Assembly (NCBI GenBank): GCA_964413435.1
Contig: CAYPSB010000002.1
Coordinates: 9,189-73,188, forward strand
DNA length: 64,000 bases
From: an uncultured Flavobacterium sp.
Lineage (GTDB): Bacteria > Bacteroidota > Bacteroidia > Flavobacteriales > Flavobacteriaceae
Direction: 5' to 3'
Shown: in pieces, positions 21,351 through 30,189 of the stretch
Position numbering within the stretch: the stretch's first letter is position 1
How the letters are laid out: each line of letters begins with the position of its first letter
The notes under the pieces: model-generated
Databases searched by the model: none
The model's input: only the letters and a program-made list of their open reading frames with translations
Told to the model about the DNA's origin: nothing
Translations under genes and position numbers: made by a program

Positions 21351-21374
21351 TCATTTATCACAAATCATAACAGT

Positions 21375-21407
21375 AAAACCCGAATTGGAAACAATTCGGG
21401 TTTTTTT
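21375..21407 (+). terminator. rho-independent terminator after mdh
   Basis: cccgaattg-gaaa-caattcggg, a perfect 9-bp stem, then T7. The A-run on the left makes it potentially bidirectional. Confidence 0.85.
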
Positions 21408-21430
21408 ATTGAAACAGTAGGGAAAGGCAA

Positions 21431-21457
21431 TAAAAAAGCCCCGAAAATTCGAGGCTT
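21431..21457 (-). terminator. rho-independent terminator after rplS
   Basis: Minus strand: AAGCCUCG-AAUUUU-CGGGGCUU (one G-U pair), then U6. Confidence 0.75.
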
Positions 21458-21481
21458 GTTTTATAATCAGAAAGGATGGAA

Positions 21482-21832
21482 TTATCTTCTTCTTTCTTTG
21501 ATTTTTGCTTTTTTACCAGTAAGTTCTCTGAAGTAGAAAATACGAGCTCTTCTAACTTTACCTCTTTGGTTTACTTCGATTTTTTGTAATGCAGGCATGT
21601 TTACAGGGAAGATACGCTCAACACCTACAGCTCCTGACATTTTACGGATTGTGAAAGTTTCAGTCAATCCTGCACCTTTTCTTTGAATAACAACTCCTTT
21701 GAAAAACTGAGTTCTTGTTTTCTCACCCTCTTTAATTTCGTAGTACACGGTGATGGTATCTCCGGCTCCGAATTCAGGGAAATCTTTTTTGGTCGATAAT
21801 TCGTTATTTACGAAATCTACTAAATTTGCCAT
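21482..21832 (-). CDS. rplS: 50S ribosomal protein L19
   Basis: 116 aa with FGAGDTITVYYEIKEGEKTRTQFFKGVVIQRKG, typical L19. Confidence 0.95.
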   Translation of the reverse strand: MANLVDFVNNELSTKKDFPEFGAGDTITVYYEIKEGEKTRTQFFKGVVIQRKGAGLTETFTIRKMSGAVGVERIFPVNMPALQKIEVNQRGKVRRARIFYFRELTGKKAKIKERRR

Positions 21833-21905
21833 TTTTATTAATTATTATGGTTTAAAATCAGAGCAACATTCACGGTTCTCGCCAGAGGTTGGTCTAATGT
21901 GGGGG

Positions 21906-21913
21906 CAAAGATA
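21906..21913 (-). promoter_or_regulatory. -7 box (TATCTTTG on minus) for rplS
   Basis: CAAAGATA on the plus strand, about 74 nt upstream of the rplS ATG. Implies a 5' UTR of about 65 nt. Confidence 0.5.
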
Positions 21914-21996
21914 AAAAAGAATTGACAATTAACAATTATAAATTGATAATTTTTTAAACCTGTAATCAGTTCATTATCAATTGTTAATTATCAATT
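21912..21996 (-). terminator. candidate trmD terminator built from AATT heptad arms
   Basis: 18-bp AT-rich inverted repeat (17/18) with a 41-nt loop, followed on the minus strand by CUUUUUUAU. The T-run overlaps the rplS -7 box. Confidence 0.4.
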
Positions 21997-21999
21997 ATT
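21920..21999. repeat. period-7 AATTnnn blocks forming an 18-bp inverted repeat
   Basis: aattgac aattaac aattata aattgat aattttt (21920-21954) and cattatc aattgtt aattatc aattatt (21972-21999). 21920-21937 is the reverse complement of 21979-21996 at 17/18 positions. Confidence 0.85.
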
Positions 22000-22675
22000 C
22001 ATTCTCCAACAAGTCCGGGCGTCTGTTTTTAGTGTGCTCATACGCCATATCCTCGCGCCATTTTTCAATTTTGGCAAAATGACCACTGGTCAAAACCTCG
22101 GGAACTTTCCAGCCTTTGTAGTCAGCCGGGCGGGTATAGATGGGTGGCGAAAGCAGGTTATCCTGAAAGCTGTCGGTCAAAGCGGAAGTTTCATCACTCA
22201 AAACTCCGGGTATCAATCGAATCAGAGCATCACATAATACTATCGCGCCAATTTCGCCACCGGACAGTACATAATCGCCTATCGAAATTTCTTTAGTAAT
22301 GAAATGATCGCGAACCCGTTGATCTACTCCTTTGTAATGTCCGCAGAGTATGATGATGTTTTCGTACATCGACATGGTATTGGCCATCTTTTGATTCAGC
22401 GTTTCCCCATCGGGAGTCATGTAAATCACTTCGTCGTACTGTCGCTGACTTTTTAAAAAAGTAATGCAGTCATCAATAGGTTGTACCATCATGACCATAC
22501 CGGCTCCTCCGCCAAACTGGTAGTCGTCTACGCTTTTTTGCTTGTTCTTGGTATAATCTCTAAGATTGTGGAAATGAACTTCTACCAAGCCTTTTTCAAT
22601 AGCACGCTTCATAATAGAGGCTTCAAAAGGGCTTCGCATCAATTCCGGCAGTATGGTGATAATGTCTATTCGCAT
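21995..22675 (-). CDS. trmD: tRNA (guanine37-N1)-methyltransferase
   Basis: 226 aa. [22 protein letters not shown] and [10 protein letters not shown] are TrmD motifs. Confidence 0.93.
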   Translation of the reverse strand: MRIDIITILPELMRSPFEASIMKRAIEKGLVEVHFHNLRDYTKNKQKSVDDYQFGGGAGMVMMVQPIDDCITFLKSQRQYDEVIYMTPDGETLNQKMANTMSMYENIIILCGHYKGVDQRVRDHFITKEISIGDYVLSGGEIGAIVLCDALIRLIPGVLSDETSALTDSFQDNLLSPPIYTRPADYKGWKVPEVLTSGHFAKIEKWREDMAYEHTKNRRPDLLENE

Positions 22676-22692
22676 GGTTTCAATTCAGTCGT

Positions 22693-22700
22693 CAAATATA
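22693..22700 (-). promoter_or_regulatory. -7 box (TATATTTG on minus) for trmD
   Basis: CAAATATA on the plus strand, 18 nt upstream of start 22675. Confidence 0.5.
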
Positions 22701-22715
22701 AGTCACTCGGGTGAA

Positions 22716-23189
22716 TTACACGCCAAATTGTTTCAAATGATGATCTAAATGCATGGTGTGCATTTTGCTCCATTCGTCATAGGTCAATTCGCCAAAGAAA
22801 GGGTGATTGGTGGTTTTGATGGCGTCTTTTCCCAAATTGGAAAAAACAGTTATTTTTTCAATCAGTTCGTTTTTGGTTTGATCAAAGTCGTAGCGTGCTG
22901 TTCTGATAAAAGCAGGAGCAGTAGGGCTGTTCTTCTTGAAATCGTTGGAACTGAATACTTTTCCTTTGAGTAGTTTTCCAAAAAAACGCATTATAAAATT
23001 GGTTCTCATAGGGGTGTGGCCAAAAGTGAAATCCAACGGAGCCTGACAATGCGACAACATTTGGTCTACGGTCATTTTCCCCCATAATGCTTTGCTCTCC
23101 GGGGTTAGTTGGTTGATTCTGTCAATGATTAAATCATTGTCGGCTTTGCTGTATATCGAACTCATGTTTTCATTTTTATTGGTGGCCAA
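22716..23189 (-). CDS. DinB-superfamily / DUF1569-like protein
   Basis: 157 aa. Ends ...[29 protein letters not shown], as in DUF1569/DinB-like four-helix proteins. Confidence 0.7.
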   Translation of the reverse strand: MATNKNENMSSIYSKADNDLIIDRINQLTPESKALWGKMTVDQMLSHCQAPLDFTFGHTPMRTNFIMRFFGKLLKGKVFSSNDFKKNSPTAPAFIRTARYDFDQTKNELIEKITVFSNLGKDAIKTTNHPFFGELTYDEWSKMHTMHLDHHLKQFGV

Positions 23190-23206
23190 AATTACAATTT
23201 ATATGC

Positions 23207-23214
23207 TACCTTTG
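23207..23214 (+). promoter_or_regulatory. -7 box (TACCTTTG) for the PPIase gene
   Basis: 25 nt before the ATG at 23240. Confidence 0.55.
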
Positions 23215-23239
23215 CATTGCATTTATAAAAATATACACA

Positions 23240-24172
23240 ATGGAAAACGGAATATACGCTAAATTCAATACCACTAAAGGTCCGATTTTAGTAAAATTGA
23301 CACACGATTTAACTCCGGGTACGGTAGGTAATTTTGTTGGGTTGGCCGAAGGGCAATTGGAAAATTCAGCCAAACCAATGGGAAAACCCTACTACGACGG
23401 ATTAAAATTTCACCGTGTTATTCCTGATTTTATGATTCAGGGAGGCTGTCCGCAAGGAACCGGAACGGGTGGTCCGGGGTACAACTTTGACGATGAATTT
23501 CACGTTGATTTAAGACATGATAAACCGGGAGTATTGTCTATGGCAAACGCCGGTCCGGGAACTAACGGTTCTCAATTCTTTATTACACACGTTCCCACTA
23601 CTTGGTTAGATGACAAACATACGGTATTCGGCCACGTGGTAGAAGGTCAGGATATTGTCAATCAAATTGTACAAGGCGATATCATCGAAGGTGTTGAAAT
23701 CATCAGAGTAGGTAAGGAAGCTGAGGAATGGAATGCCATTGAGTCATTCAGAACATTTGAAGGTTCGAGACAAAAAAGAATCGAAGAAGCCAAAAAACAA
23801 GCTGAGGCCGCTATGGAAAAATTGGCTGCCGGTTTCGAAAAAACCGAAAGCGGATTGCGTTATAAAATAATCCAAAAAGGAAACGGTAAAAAAGCTGAGG
23901 CAGGTAAAACCGTTTCAGTGCATTACACCGGACAATTGGAAAACGGTAAAACCTTTGATTCTTCTTACCCAAGAAAAAAACCAATCGAGTTTCCTTTGGG
24001 AAAAGGTCATGTTATTGAAGGTTGGGATGAAGGTATTGCTTTGTTGCAGGTTGGAGATAAAGCGCGCTTTGTTATTCCGTCTTACTTAGGATATGGTTCG
24101 AGCGGAGCAGGGGGAGTTATTCCGCCTAATGCTACCTTGATTTTTGACGTTGAGTTAATGGACGTAAAATAA
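23240..24172 (+). CDS. dual-family peptidyl-prolyl isomerase (N-terminal cyclophilin + C-terminal FKBP)
   Basis: 310 aa. Cyclophilin motifs [13 protein letters not shown] and [21 protein letters not shown] motifs [32 protein letters not shown] and [10 protein letters not shown]. Confidence 0.9.
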   Translation: MENGIYAKFNTTKGPILVKLTHDLTPGTVGNFVGLAEGQLENSAKPMGKPYYDGLKFHRVIPDFMIQGGCPQGTGTGGPGYNFDDEFHVDLRHDKPGVLSMANAGPGTNGSQFFITHVPTTWLDDKHTVFGHVVEGQDIVNQIVQGDIIEGVEIIRVGKEAEEWNAIESFRTFEGSRQKRIEEAKKQAEAAMEKLAAGFEKTESGLRYKIIQKGNGKKAEAGKTVSVHYTGQLENGKTFDSSYPRKKPIEFPLGKGHVIEGWDEGIALLQVGDKARFVIPSYLGYGSSGAGGVIPPNATLIFDVELMDVK

Positions 24173-24196
24173 TTTAAGATTAGTTAAATAGTTAAA

Positions 24197-24224
24197 ATCC
24201 CGACAATTTTTGTTGGGATTTTTT
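24197..24224 (+). terminator. rho-independent terminator after the PPIase gene
   Basis: atcccgac-aattttt-gttgggat (one G-U pair), then T6. Confidence 0.7.
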
Positions 24225-24256
24225 ATACATTTACCTAAACCAATAAACTAATAATT

Positions 24257-24568
24257 ATGAAATATAAAGTAATGTCTTTGGCAGTATTGACGGTAATTAT
24301 TTACTCGTGTGCTTCCAAGTCGAGCGTGCCTACTGCCGAAGTCCCAAAAACACCTGAAACTAAAAAAGAAGCAGTTGTTGCATTGAGCCCTGAGTTAGCA
24401 GAAGGTAAAGCTCTTTATGAAAATAATTGTGCTAAATGCCACAGATTGTATGATGCCAAAGAATTTTCACCTGAAAAATGGAAACCTATAGTAGCTCGTA
24501 TGCAGAAGAAAGCGCATCTTGATGATGTACAAGGACAAAAGATTTTTAATTATGTAGCAATGCAATAA
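24257..24568 (+). CDS. small c-type cytochrome lipoprotein
   Basis: 103 aa. Lipobox VIIYSC and a single heme motif CAKCH. Confidence 0.75.
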   Translation: MKYKVMSLAVLTVIIYSCASKSSVPTAEVPKTPETKKEAVVALSPELAEGKALYENNCAKCHRLYDAKEFSPEKWKPIVARMQKKAHLDDVQGQKIFNYVAMQ

Positions 24569-24574
24569 TCTCTG

Positions 24575-24598
24575 AAACACTCTTTTGAGTGTTTTTTT
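24575..24598 (+). terminator. rho-independent terminator after the cytochrome c gene
   Basis: aaacactc-tttt-gagtgttt, then a T-run. Confidence 0.75.
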
Positions 24599-24609
24599 AG
24601 TTTTATTAT

Positions 24610-24951
24610 ATGGAAGAAAAAATATCCTGGTCTGATTTTGAAAAAGTGGAAATGCGTGTGGGAACCATCATGATGGTGAACGATTTTCCCGAAGCCCGTA
24701 AGCCGGCATATCAGTTGACCATTGATTTCGGAAATGAAATCGGTTTGAAAAAAACATCTGCACAAATTACAAAACGATATGCTAAAGAGGATTTAATTGG
24801 AAAACAGATTGTGGCTGTTGTCAATTTTCCCCGAAAGCAAATAGGGACGTTTATGAGCGAATGTTTGGTGCTGGGTTCTGTCGGTGGCGACAATGATGTG
24901 GTCTTACTTACTTCGGATATGAAAGTTGAAAACGGATTGCGTATTGGTTAA
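24610..24951 (+). CDS. tRNA-binding domain protein (CsaA/YgjH-like)
   Basis: 113 aa. DFEKVEMRVGTI...AYQLTIDFG...VVNFPRKQIG is an OB-fold tRNA-binding domain. Confidence 0.8.
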   Translation: MEEKISWSDFEKVEMRVGTIMMVNDFPEARKPAYQLTIDFGNEIGLKKTSAQITKRYAKEDLIGKQIVAVVNFPRKQIGTFMSECLVLGSVGGDNDVVLLTSDMKVENGLRIG

Positions 24952-25181
24952 TCCTTTTTCAGTTTTTTCAGAATACTTACAATCAGGCTCAAGCAACTCA
25001 TCGCTATAAAAACAATGGCGATGTAAAATGAAATTTTCACCGGAGTGGTTTCGCGCTCGTGATTGTTGAGGTTCATGTTCAGAATCCAAATCCAGAAGAG
25101 AACACTCAATGCGTGAAACGGTATTCCGTATTTGTCTACAAAATCGGTAAATCGTTTGAGGTAAAGTGCCATTTTTTGCAT
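24948..25181 (-). CDS. small membrane protein
   Basis: 77 aa with two hydrophobic segments. Function unknown. 4-nt convergent overlap with the upstream + gene. Confidence 0.45.
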   Translation of the reverse strand: MQKMALYLKRFTDFVDKYGIPFHALSVLFWIWILNMNLNNHERETTPVKISFYIAIVFIAMSCLSLIVSILKKLKKD

Positions 25182-25195
25182 AGTCTTTTAAATTT

Positions 25196-25221
25196 AAAAA
25201 GCCCGAAATCTTCGGGCTTTT
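25196..25221 (-). terminator. rho-independent terminator after the DUF3276 gene (bidirectional shape)
   Basis: aaaaa gcccgaa-atc-ttcgggc tttt. Confidence 0.75.
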
Positions 25222-25224
25222 ATA

Positions 25225-25602
25225 TTAAATATCGTCAAAATCAATATCGGTGAAACTCTTCTCGGTCTGAGCTTTCTCTACCGGTGTTTCTTGTTGGTAT
25301 TCTCTTTTGAAATCTTTTTGATGTCTTTCAGAGATTACCTCTTCTCCTTTGTGATTCAAAACATAAGCAGTCATCTCTTCTAAAATATCAGTAAAGGCTG
25401 CAAAGTCTTCTTTGTATAAATAAATTTTGTGTTTCTTGAAGTGAAAAGAACCATCTTCTTCAGTGAATTTTTTACTTTCAGTGATGGTGATGTAGTAATC
25501 ATCGGCTTTTGTGGCTCTTACATCAAAGAAATAAGTTCTTCTTCCGGCTCTTAAAACTTTAGAAAAAATCTCATCTTTTTCTAACATATCATTTTCTCTC
25601 AT
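25225..25602 (-). CDS. PUR-alpha-like nucleic-acid-binding protein (DUF3276)
   Basis: 125 aa with FSKVLRAGRRTYFFDVRATKADDYYITITESKK typical of Bacteroidetes DUF3276. The start could be ATG 25587. Confidence 0.8.
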   Translation of the reverse strand: MRENDMLEKDEIFSKVLRAGRRTYFFDVRATKADDYYITITESKKFTEEDGSFHFKKHKIYLYKEDFAAFTDILEEMTAYVLNHKGEEVISERHQKDFKREYQQETPVEKAQTEKSFTDIDFDDI

Positions 25603-25672
25603 ATTCTTTCAGTCGATTAATAGTGTTTCTATACAGTTCAAAAATGATAAAATTTTTGTTACCAAACAACAA

Positions 25673-27430
25673 TTAATTTAATTCTTTTTCCGAAAGTTGT
25701 TTCAGGTATAATTCGGCATAATACCCCTCTTGGTTTACTAATTGATTATGAGAACCTTCTTGTATGATTTGTCCCTCATCAATGATGATGATTTTATCGG
25801 CATTCTTGGCCGAAGACACTCTGTGACTGACAATAATGGTGGTTTTGTCTTTTGAAATCTCAAGCAGATTGTTGAGGATTCGTTCTTCGGTTTCGGTATC
25901 CACAGCTGATAAACAATCGTCAAAAAGCAATATCGGCGGATTTTTAATGATGGCTCGGGCAATGGAAACCCGCTGTTTTTGACCGCCCGATAGAGTGATC
26001 CCGCGTTCCCCTAAAACGGTATCGTACTGCTTGTTGAAATGTATGATGTTGTTGTGTACCACTGCTTTTTTAGCGGCAGCAATTACTTCTTCGTCGGTAG
26101 CATTTTCCTTGCCGAATTTGATGTTATTTTTAATGGTGTCCGAAAACAAAAAGGCATCCTGCGGTACTATGCCAATACTGTTGCGCAAATCATATAAATT
26201 GACTTCATCTATTTTTTTGCCGTCAATGGTGATACTGCCGTTTTTAATGTCATACATGCGGGTAATCAAAGATAGGATGCTCGATTTTCCCGAACCGGTT
26301 TTGCCTAAAATGGCCAGTGTTTCTCCTTTTTTTACGGTGAATGAAATGTTTTGCAATGCTTTGATTTCAGTGTCCTCGTAAGTGAAACTTACGTTTTTGA
26401 ATTCAATTTCTCCTTCAATAGCAGTATGTTCTTCGGTTTTGTTCTTGATTTCGGGTTCTATTTTTAAAAACTCGTTAATGCGTTTTTGCGAAGCCTCGGC
26501 CTCCTGAACCAATGATGAAACCCAGCCAATAGAAGCCACCGGCCAAGTCAACATGTTGATATACAGAATAAATTCGGCTATGGTACCGATGCTTTTGATT
26601 GTTCCGTCAATGTACATCAACCCGCCGAAATAAATCACAGTCAAATTGCTGACGCCAATCAGGGCAATCATTAGCGGTCCGAATAAGGATTGTACACGTG
26701 CCAAACTCATGCTTTTCGTTTTGCTTTCTTTGGCCAGTTCAACCAAATTATTCTGATACTGATCCTCCAAAGCATAGGCTTTCACTACCCGGATTCCTGA
26801 AAATATTTCCTGCGTAAAACTGGATACTTTTGATAAATATTGCTGAAAAATAGTACTGCGTTTGTTGATTTCACTGCTCAGTTTAAAAATAATGTACGAT
26901 AACAGCGGTAACGGCAACAGGGTGTAAAGTGTCAACTTGGGCGATACATTATACATATATATAATGACTACGGCAAAACGAATGAAGGTATTGATGGTAT
27001 ACATTACCGCCGGGCCAACATACATACGAACCTTGCTCACATCTTCACTGATACGGTTCATTAAATCACCGGTTCGGTTGCGCTTGTAAAAGTTTTGGTC
27101 CAAAACTTCGTAATGCCTGAATACTTCGTTTTTCAAATCAAATTCCACATGCCTTGACATCACTATTAAGGTCTGGCGCATCAGGAAGGTTAAAACGCCG
27201 GCAATCAGTGTGGTGCCTAATATCCAAAGGATGTTATGAATCAATTCGGTTTTGATAACAGCGCTGCTCAGATTGTTTTTATGAAAATCTTCGATAATCA
27301 TAAACGATTTGCTGATGAGCTTCGGAGTAAAAAGAGAGAAAATTTGGGCAACTATAGTGATGATAATTCCTAATAAAAAGTGGAATTTGTATTTGATAAA
27401 ATATTTGTTTAAATATTGAAGTTCTTTCAT
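25673..27430 (-). CDS. ABC transporter, fused permease/ATPase (MsbA-like exporter)
   Basis: 585 aa. Six-TM domain plus NBD with Walker A GKTGSGKSS, signature LSGGQKQR and Walker B ILLFDD. Confidence 0.9.
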   Translation of the reverse strand: MKELQYLNKYFIKYKFHFLLGIIITIVAQIFSLFTPKLISKSFMIIEDFHKNNLSSAVIKTELIHNILWILGTTLIAGVLTFLMRQTLIVMSRHVEFDLKNEVFRHYEVLDQNFYKRNRTGDLMNRISEDVSKVRMYVGPAVMYTINTFIRFAVVIIYMYNVSPKLTLYTLLPLPLLSYIIFKLSSEINKRSTIFQQYLSKVSSFTQEIFSGIRVVKAYALEDQYQNNLVELAKESKTKSMSLARVQSLFGPLMIALIGVSNLTVIYFGGLMYIDGTIKSIGTIAEFILYINMLTWPVASIGWVSSLVQEAEASQKRINEFLKIEPEIKNKTEEHTAIEGEIEFKNVSFTYEDTEIKALQNISFTVKKGETLAILGKTGSGKSSILSLITRMYDIKNGSITIDGKKIDEVNLYDLRNSIGIVPQDAFLFSDTIKNNIKFGKENATDEEVIAAAKKAVVHNNIIHFNKQYDTVLGERGITLSGGQKQRVSIARAIIKNPPILLFDDCLSAVDTETEERILNNLLEISKDKTTIIVSHRVSSAKNADKIIIIDEGQIIQEGSHNQLVNQEGYYAELYLKQLSEKELN

Positions 27431-27575
27431 TTTTGATGGGTAAAAATGGGGTTTAAAAACTTTTTCTTGTTAAATTTTTAAAAATAATGAATTTATTAAA
27501 TTCTTGGTTTAAATTGATTTTATTAACAAATTACTAATTATCCCTGATTTGAGTGAGTTTTATTGAATAAAGTTT

Positions 27576-27583
27576 TAATTTTG
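27576..27583 (+). promoter_or_regulatory. -7 box (TAATTTTG) for the amino-acid dehydrogenase gene
   Basis: 41 nt before the ATG at 27625. Followed by the palindrome ggacttttt/aaaaagtcc (27587-27605). Confidence 0.45.
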
Positions 27584-27624
27584 TCGGGACTTTTTAAAAA
27601 AGTCCAAATTTTAATAGCTAAAAA

Positions 27625-28731
27625 ATGACTTCAGAAATCACTACCCCCGCAGAGCTACAAAAGATGGATCCGGTTTTCGGACAGCTCTCTTTTGATAATC
27701 ATGAACAAATTGTTTTTTGTAACGACAAAGATACAGGTTTAAAAGCAATTATCGGTATTCACAATACGGTTATGGGACCGGCTCTTGGCGGAACGAGAAT
27801 GTGGAAATACAACAACGAATGGGAAGCGTTGAATGATGTTTTACGTCTTTCCAGAGGAATGACTTATAAATCTGCTGTTACAGGGTTGAACCTGGGTGGT
27901 GGAAAAGCGGTTATTATCGGTGATGCCAAAGCCGACAAAACGCCTGAAATGATTACTCGTTTCGGACAGTTTGTAGACTCATTAAGCGGAAAATACATCA
28001 CTGCTGAAGATGTGGGAACCACAACAGAAGACATGGACCGCATTCACGAAGTGACCAATTATGTAACCGGAATTTCAGAAGCTAAAGGAGGTTCAGGAAA
28101 TCCTTCTCCGGTAACGGCTTACGGAGTTTACATGGGAATGAAGGCTGCTGCCAAATACCAGTTTGGTTCAGACAGTTTAGGTGGTAAAAAGATTTTAGTA
28201 CAAGGAACAGGACACGTAGGTGAAACACTAATCAGCCATTTGACAAACGAAGGTGCTGAAGTTTTTGTTTCAGACATTCATCAGGATAAAATGGAGAATA
28301 TGGTAGCCAAGTACGGTGCCAAAATTTTCACTGGTCCGGATTTATATGCGGCTGATGTAGATATCTACTCTCCATGTGCTTTAGGGGCTACTATTAATGA
28401 TGAAACTATTTACAAGATAAAAGCTAAAGTAATTGCAGGAGCGGCTAACAACCAGTTGGCTGTTGAGTCGGTTCACGGTCAGATTTTAAGAGAAAGAGGT
28501 ATTGCTTACGCGCCTGACTTCTTAATCAATGCCGGTGGAATCATTAATGTTTATGCCGAAATTGTAAAATACAGTAAAGAAGAAGCCATCAGAAGAACTG
28601 AAAATATCTACAATACTACTTTGGAAATTTTCAATTTTGCCGATGCCAATAACATCACTACGCTACAAGCAGCTATGCAGGTTGCGCAAAATCGTATTGA
28701 CGAAAGAAAAAAAGAAAACGCCAATAAATAA
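27625..28731 (+). CDS. Leu/Phe/Val (Glu-family) amino-acid dehydrogenase
   Basis: 368 aa. GPALGGTRMW, LGGGKAVIIGD and the VQGTGHVG Rossmann motif. Leucine dehydrogenase-like. Confidence 0.85.
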   Translation: MTSEITTPAELQKMDPVFGQLSFDNHEQIVFCNDKDTGLKAIIGIHNTVMGPALGGTRMWKYNNEWEALNDVLRLSRGMTYKSAVTGLNLGGGKAVIIGDAKADKTPEMITRFGQFVDSLSGKYITAEDVGTTTEDMDRIHEVTNYVTGISEAKGGSGNPSPVTAYGVYMGMKAAAKYQFGSDSLGGKKILVQGTGHVGETLISHLTNEGAEVFVSDIHQDKMENMVAKYGAKIFTGPDLYAADVDIYSPCALGATINDETIYKIKAKVIAGAANNQLAVESVHGQILRERGIAYAPDFLINAGGIINVYAEIVKYSKEEAIRRTENIYNTTLEIFNFADANNITTLQAAMQVAQNRIDERKKENANK

Positions 28732-28753
28732 TCGAGCGTTTTTAAAATATTAC

Positions 28754-28761
28754 TATTTTTG
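28754..28761 (+). promoter_or_regulatory. -7 box (TATTTTTG) for nusB
   Basis: 50 nt before the GTG at 28812. Confidence 0.4.
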
Positions 28762-28764
28762 CAA

Positions 28765-28792
28765 AGCGAAAGATTTTCTTTCGCTTTGTTAA
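28765..28792 (+). terminator. hairpin between the amino-acid dehydrogenase gene and nusB (terminator or 5'-UTR structure)
   Basis: agcgaaaga-ttt-tctttcgct, a perfect 9-bp stem, followed by ttgttaattttt. It lies just downstream of a TATTTTTG box, so its role is ambiguous. Confidence 0.4.
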
Positions 28793-28811
28793 TTTTTAAA
28801 AGTTCTTATCC

Positions 28812-29750
28812 GTGTTAAACAGAAGACATATTCGAGTGAAAGTGATGCAGTCCATCTACGCAATGCATCAAAAAAGTTCTGATGAATTAGAGAAAGAAGA
28901 AAAGTTTTTAATTCAAAGTATCGATAATATTCAGGATTTATATTTAATCATGCTGTCTTCGCTGATTGAAATCAGAAAAAAGGAAGAGGCTTTCTTAGAA
29001 ACTTCCAGTAAAAAACACTTAGCTACCCCGGAAGAAAAAAATCCCAACAGAAAATTTGTCAATAACGCTGTACTGCTGCTTTTAGAAGAAAACAGTTCGT
29101 TAAGCATTGCTTTGGAAAAACGTAAAATTGACAACTGGTCGATGAATGACGACTACATTTTGATTTTGTTGAACGAAATTAAAAAAAGCGAATTGTACCA
29201 AAAATACATGAGCACCAAAAAAACAACGTTTGAAGAAGACAAACAGTTTGTAGTTGACTTATTCACCGAAGTGTTGGCTCCCAACGAAAAGCTATACGAA
29301 TACCTGGAAGATCACAAACTAACTTGGATAGACGATATTCCGTTGGTAAATACCCAAATTCAAAAGCAGTTAAAGCAAATAACCGAGAAAGACGATTTCA
29401 AAGTAATCAAACTTTACAAAGATGAAGAAGACAAAGAGTTCGTCGGTTCATTGTTCAGAAAAACAGTATTGAATGAAGTGTCTTTGGCCAAAGAATACAT
29501 CGATAAAACTCCCAATTGGGATGCCGACCGTATAGCCGAAATAGATACCATCATCCTGAAAATGGCCATTTGTGAGTTCCTGAAATTCCCATCCATACCG
29601 GTAAAAGTAACCATCAATGAGTATTTGGAAATAGCCAAAGAATATTCAACTCCGAAGAGCAGTATCTTCATCAACGGAATTTTAGATAATTTGGTCAAAG
29701 AATTTGAAACCGAAAACAAAATCAAGAAAACCGGCAGAGGTTTAATGTAA
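28812..29750 (+). CDS. nusB: transcription antitermination factor NusB (long Bacteroidetes form)
   Basis: 312 aa with a GTG start. N-terminal NRRHIRVKVMQSIYA and C-terminal INEYLEIAKEYSTPKSSIFINGILD are NusB hallmarks, separated by a long insert. Confidence 0.85.
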   Translation: MLNRRHIRVKVMQSIYAMHQKSSDELEKEEKFLIQSIDNIQDLYLIMLSSLIEIRKKEEAFLETSSKKHLATPEEKNPNRKFVNNAVLLLLEENSSLSIALEKRKIDNWSMNDDYILILLNEIKKSELYQKYMSTKKTTFEEDKQFVVDLFTEVLAPNEKLYEYLEDHKLTWIDDIPLVNTQIQKQLKQITEKDDFKVIKLYKDEEDKEFVGSLFRKTVLNEVSLAKEYIDKTPNWDADRIAEIDTIILKMAICEFLKFPSIPVKVTINEYLEIAKEYSTPKSSIFINGILDNLVKEFETENKIKKTGRGLM

Positions 29751-29762
29751 TATATTGTTATA

Positions 29763-30176
29763 ATGATTAAAAAAGCGACTTTGTTGGCTGTTGTAGCGCT
29801 GTTGGTAATTACAACGTCCTGCAAAAATGAAAAGGAAACAACACCTGCTGCTGAGACCGAAATGACTTTTGAAACTCAAAAACACGATTTCGGAACAATT
29901 ACTCAGGGCGATAAAGTGGAATATGATTTCAAATTTAAAAATACCGGAAAGGCTGATTTGATAATTACCGATGCCAAAGGCTCTTGTGGGTGTACCATCC
30001 CCGAGTATCCGAAAGAACCGGTTGCGCCGGGTCAGGACGGTGTCATTAAAGTTTCATTCAATTCCGCCGGGAAGATAGGGGAAAACTCCAAATCAGTAGT
30101 CCTGTCAGCAAATGTTCCCGAAGGAAAAAAAATATTATATATTCAATCTAACATAGTTCCGAAAGGAGCGAACTAA
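29763..30176 (+). CDS. DUF1573 domain lipoprotein
   Basis: 137 aa. Lipobox ITTSC. FDFGTI...V...F.F.N.G...L.I......CGCT pattern (AKGSCGCTIPEYP). Confidence 0.85.
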   Translation: MIKKATLLAVVALLVITTSCKNEKETTPAAETEMTFETQKHDFGTITQGDKVEYDFKFKNTGKADLIITDAKGSCGCTIPEYPKEPVAPGQDGVIKVSFNSAGKIGENSKSVVLSANVPEGKKILYIQSNIVPKGAN

Positions 30177-30189
30177 AAACATCCCTATT

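Noticed and set aside
21833-21905. The rplS 5' leader as the known L19 ribosomal-protein leader RNA.
   Set aside because: As far as I recall, that motif is described for Firmicutes. I see only a small bulged hairpin here and cannot assess covariation.
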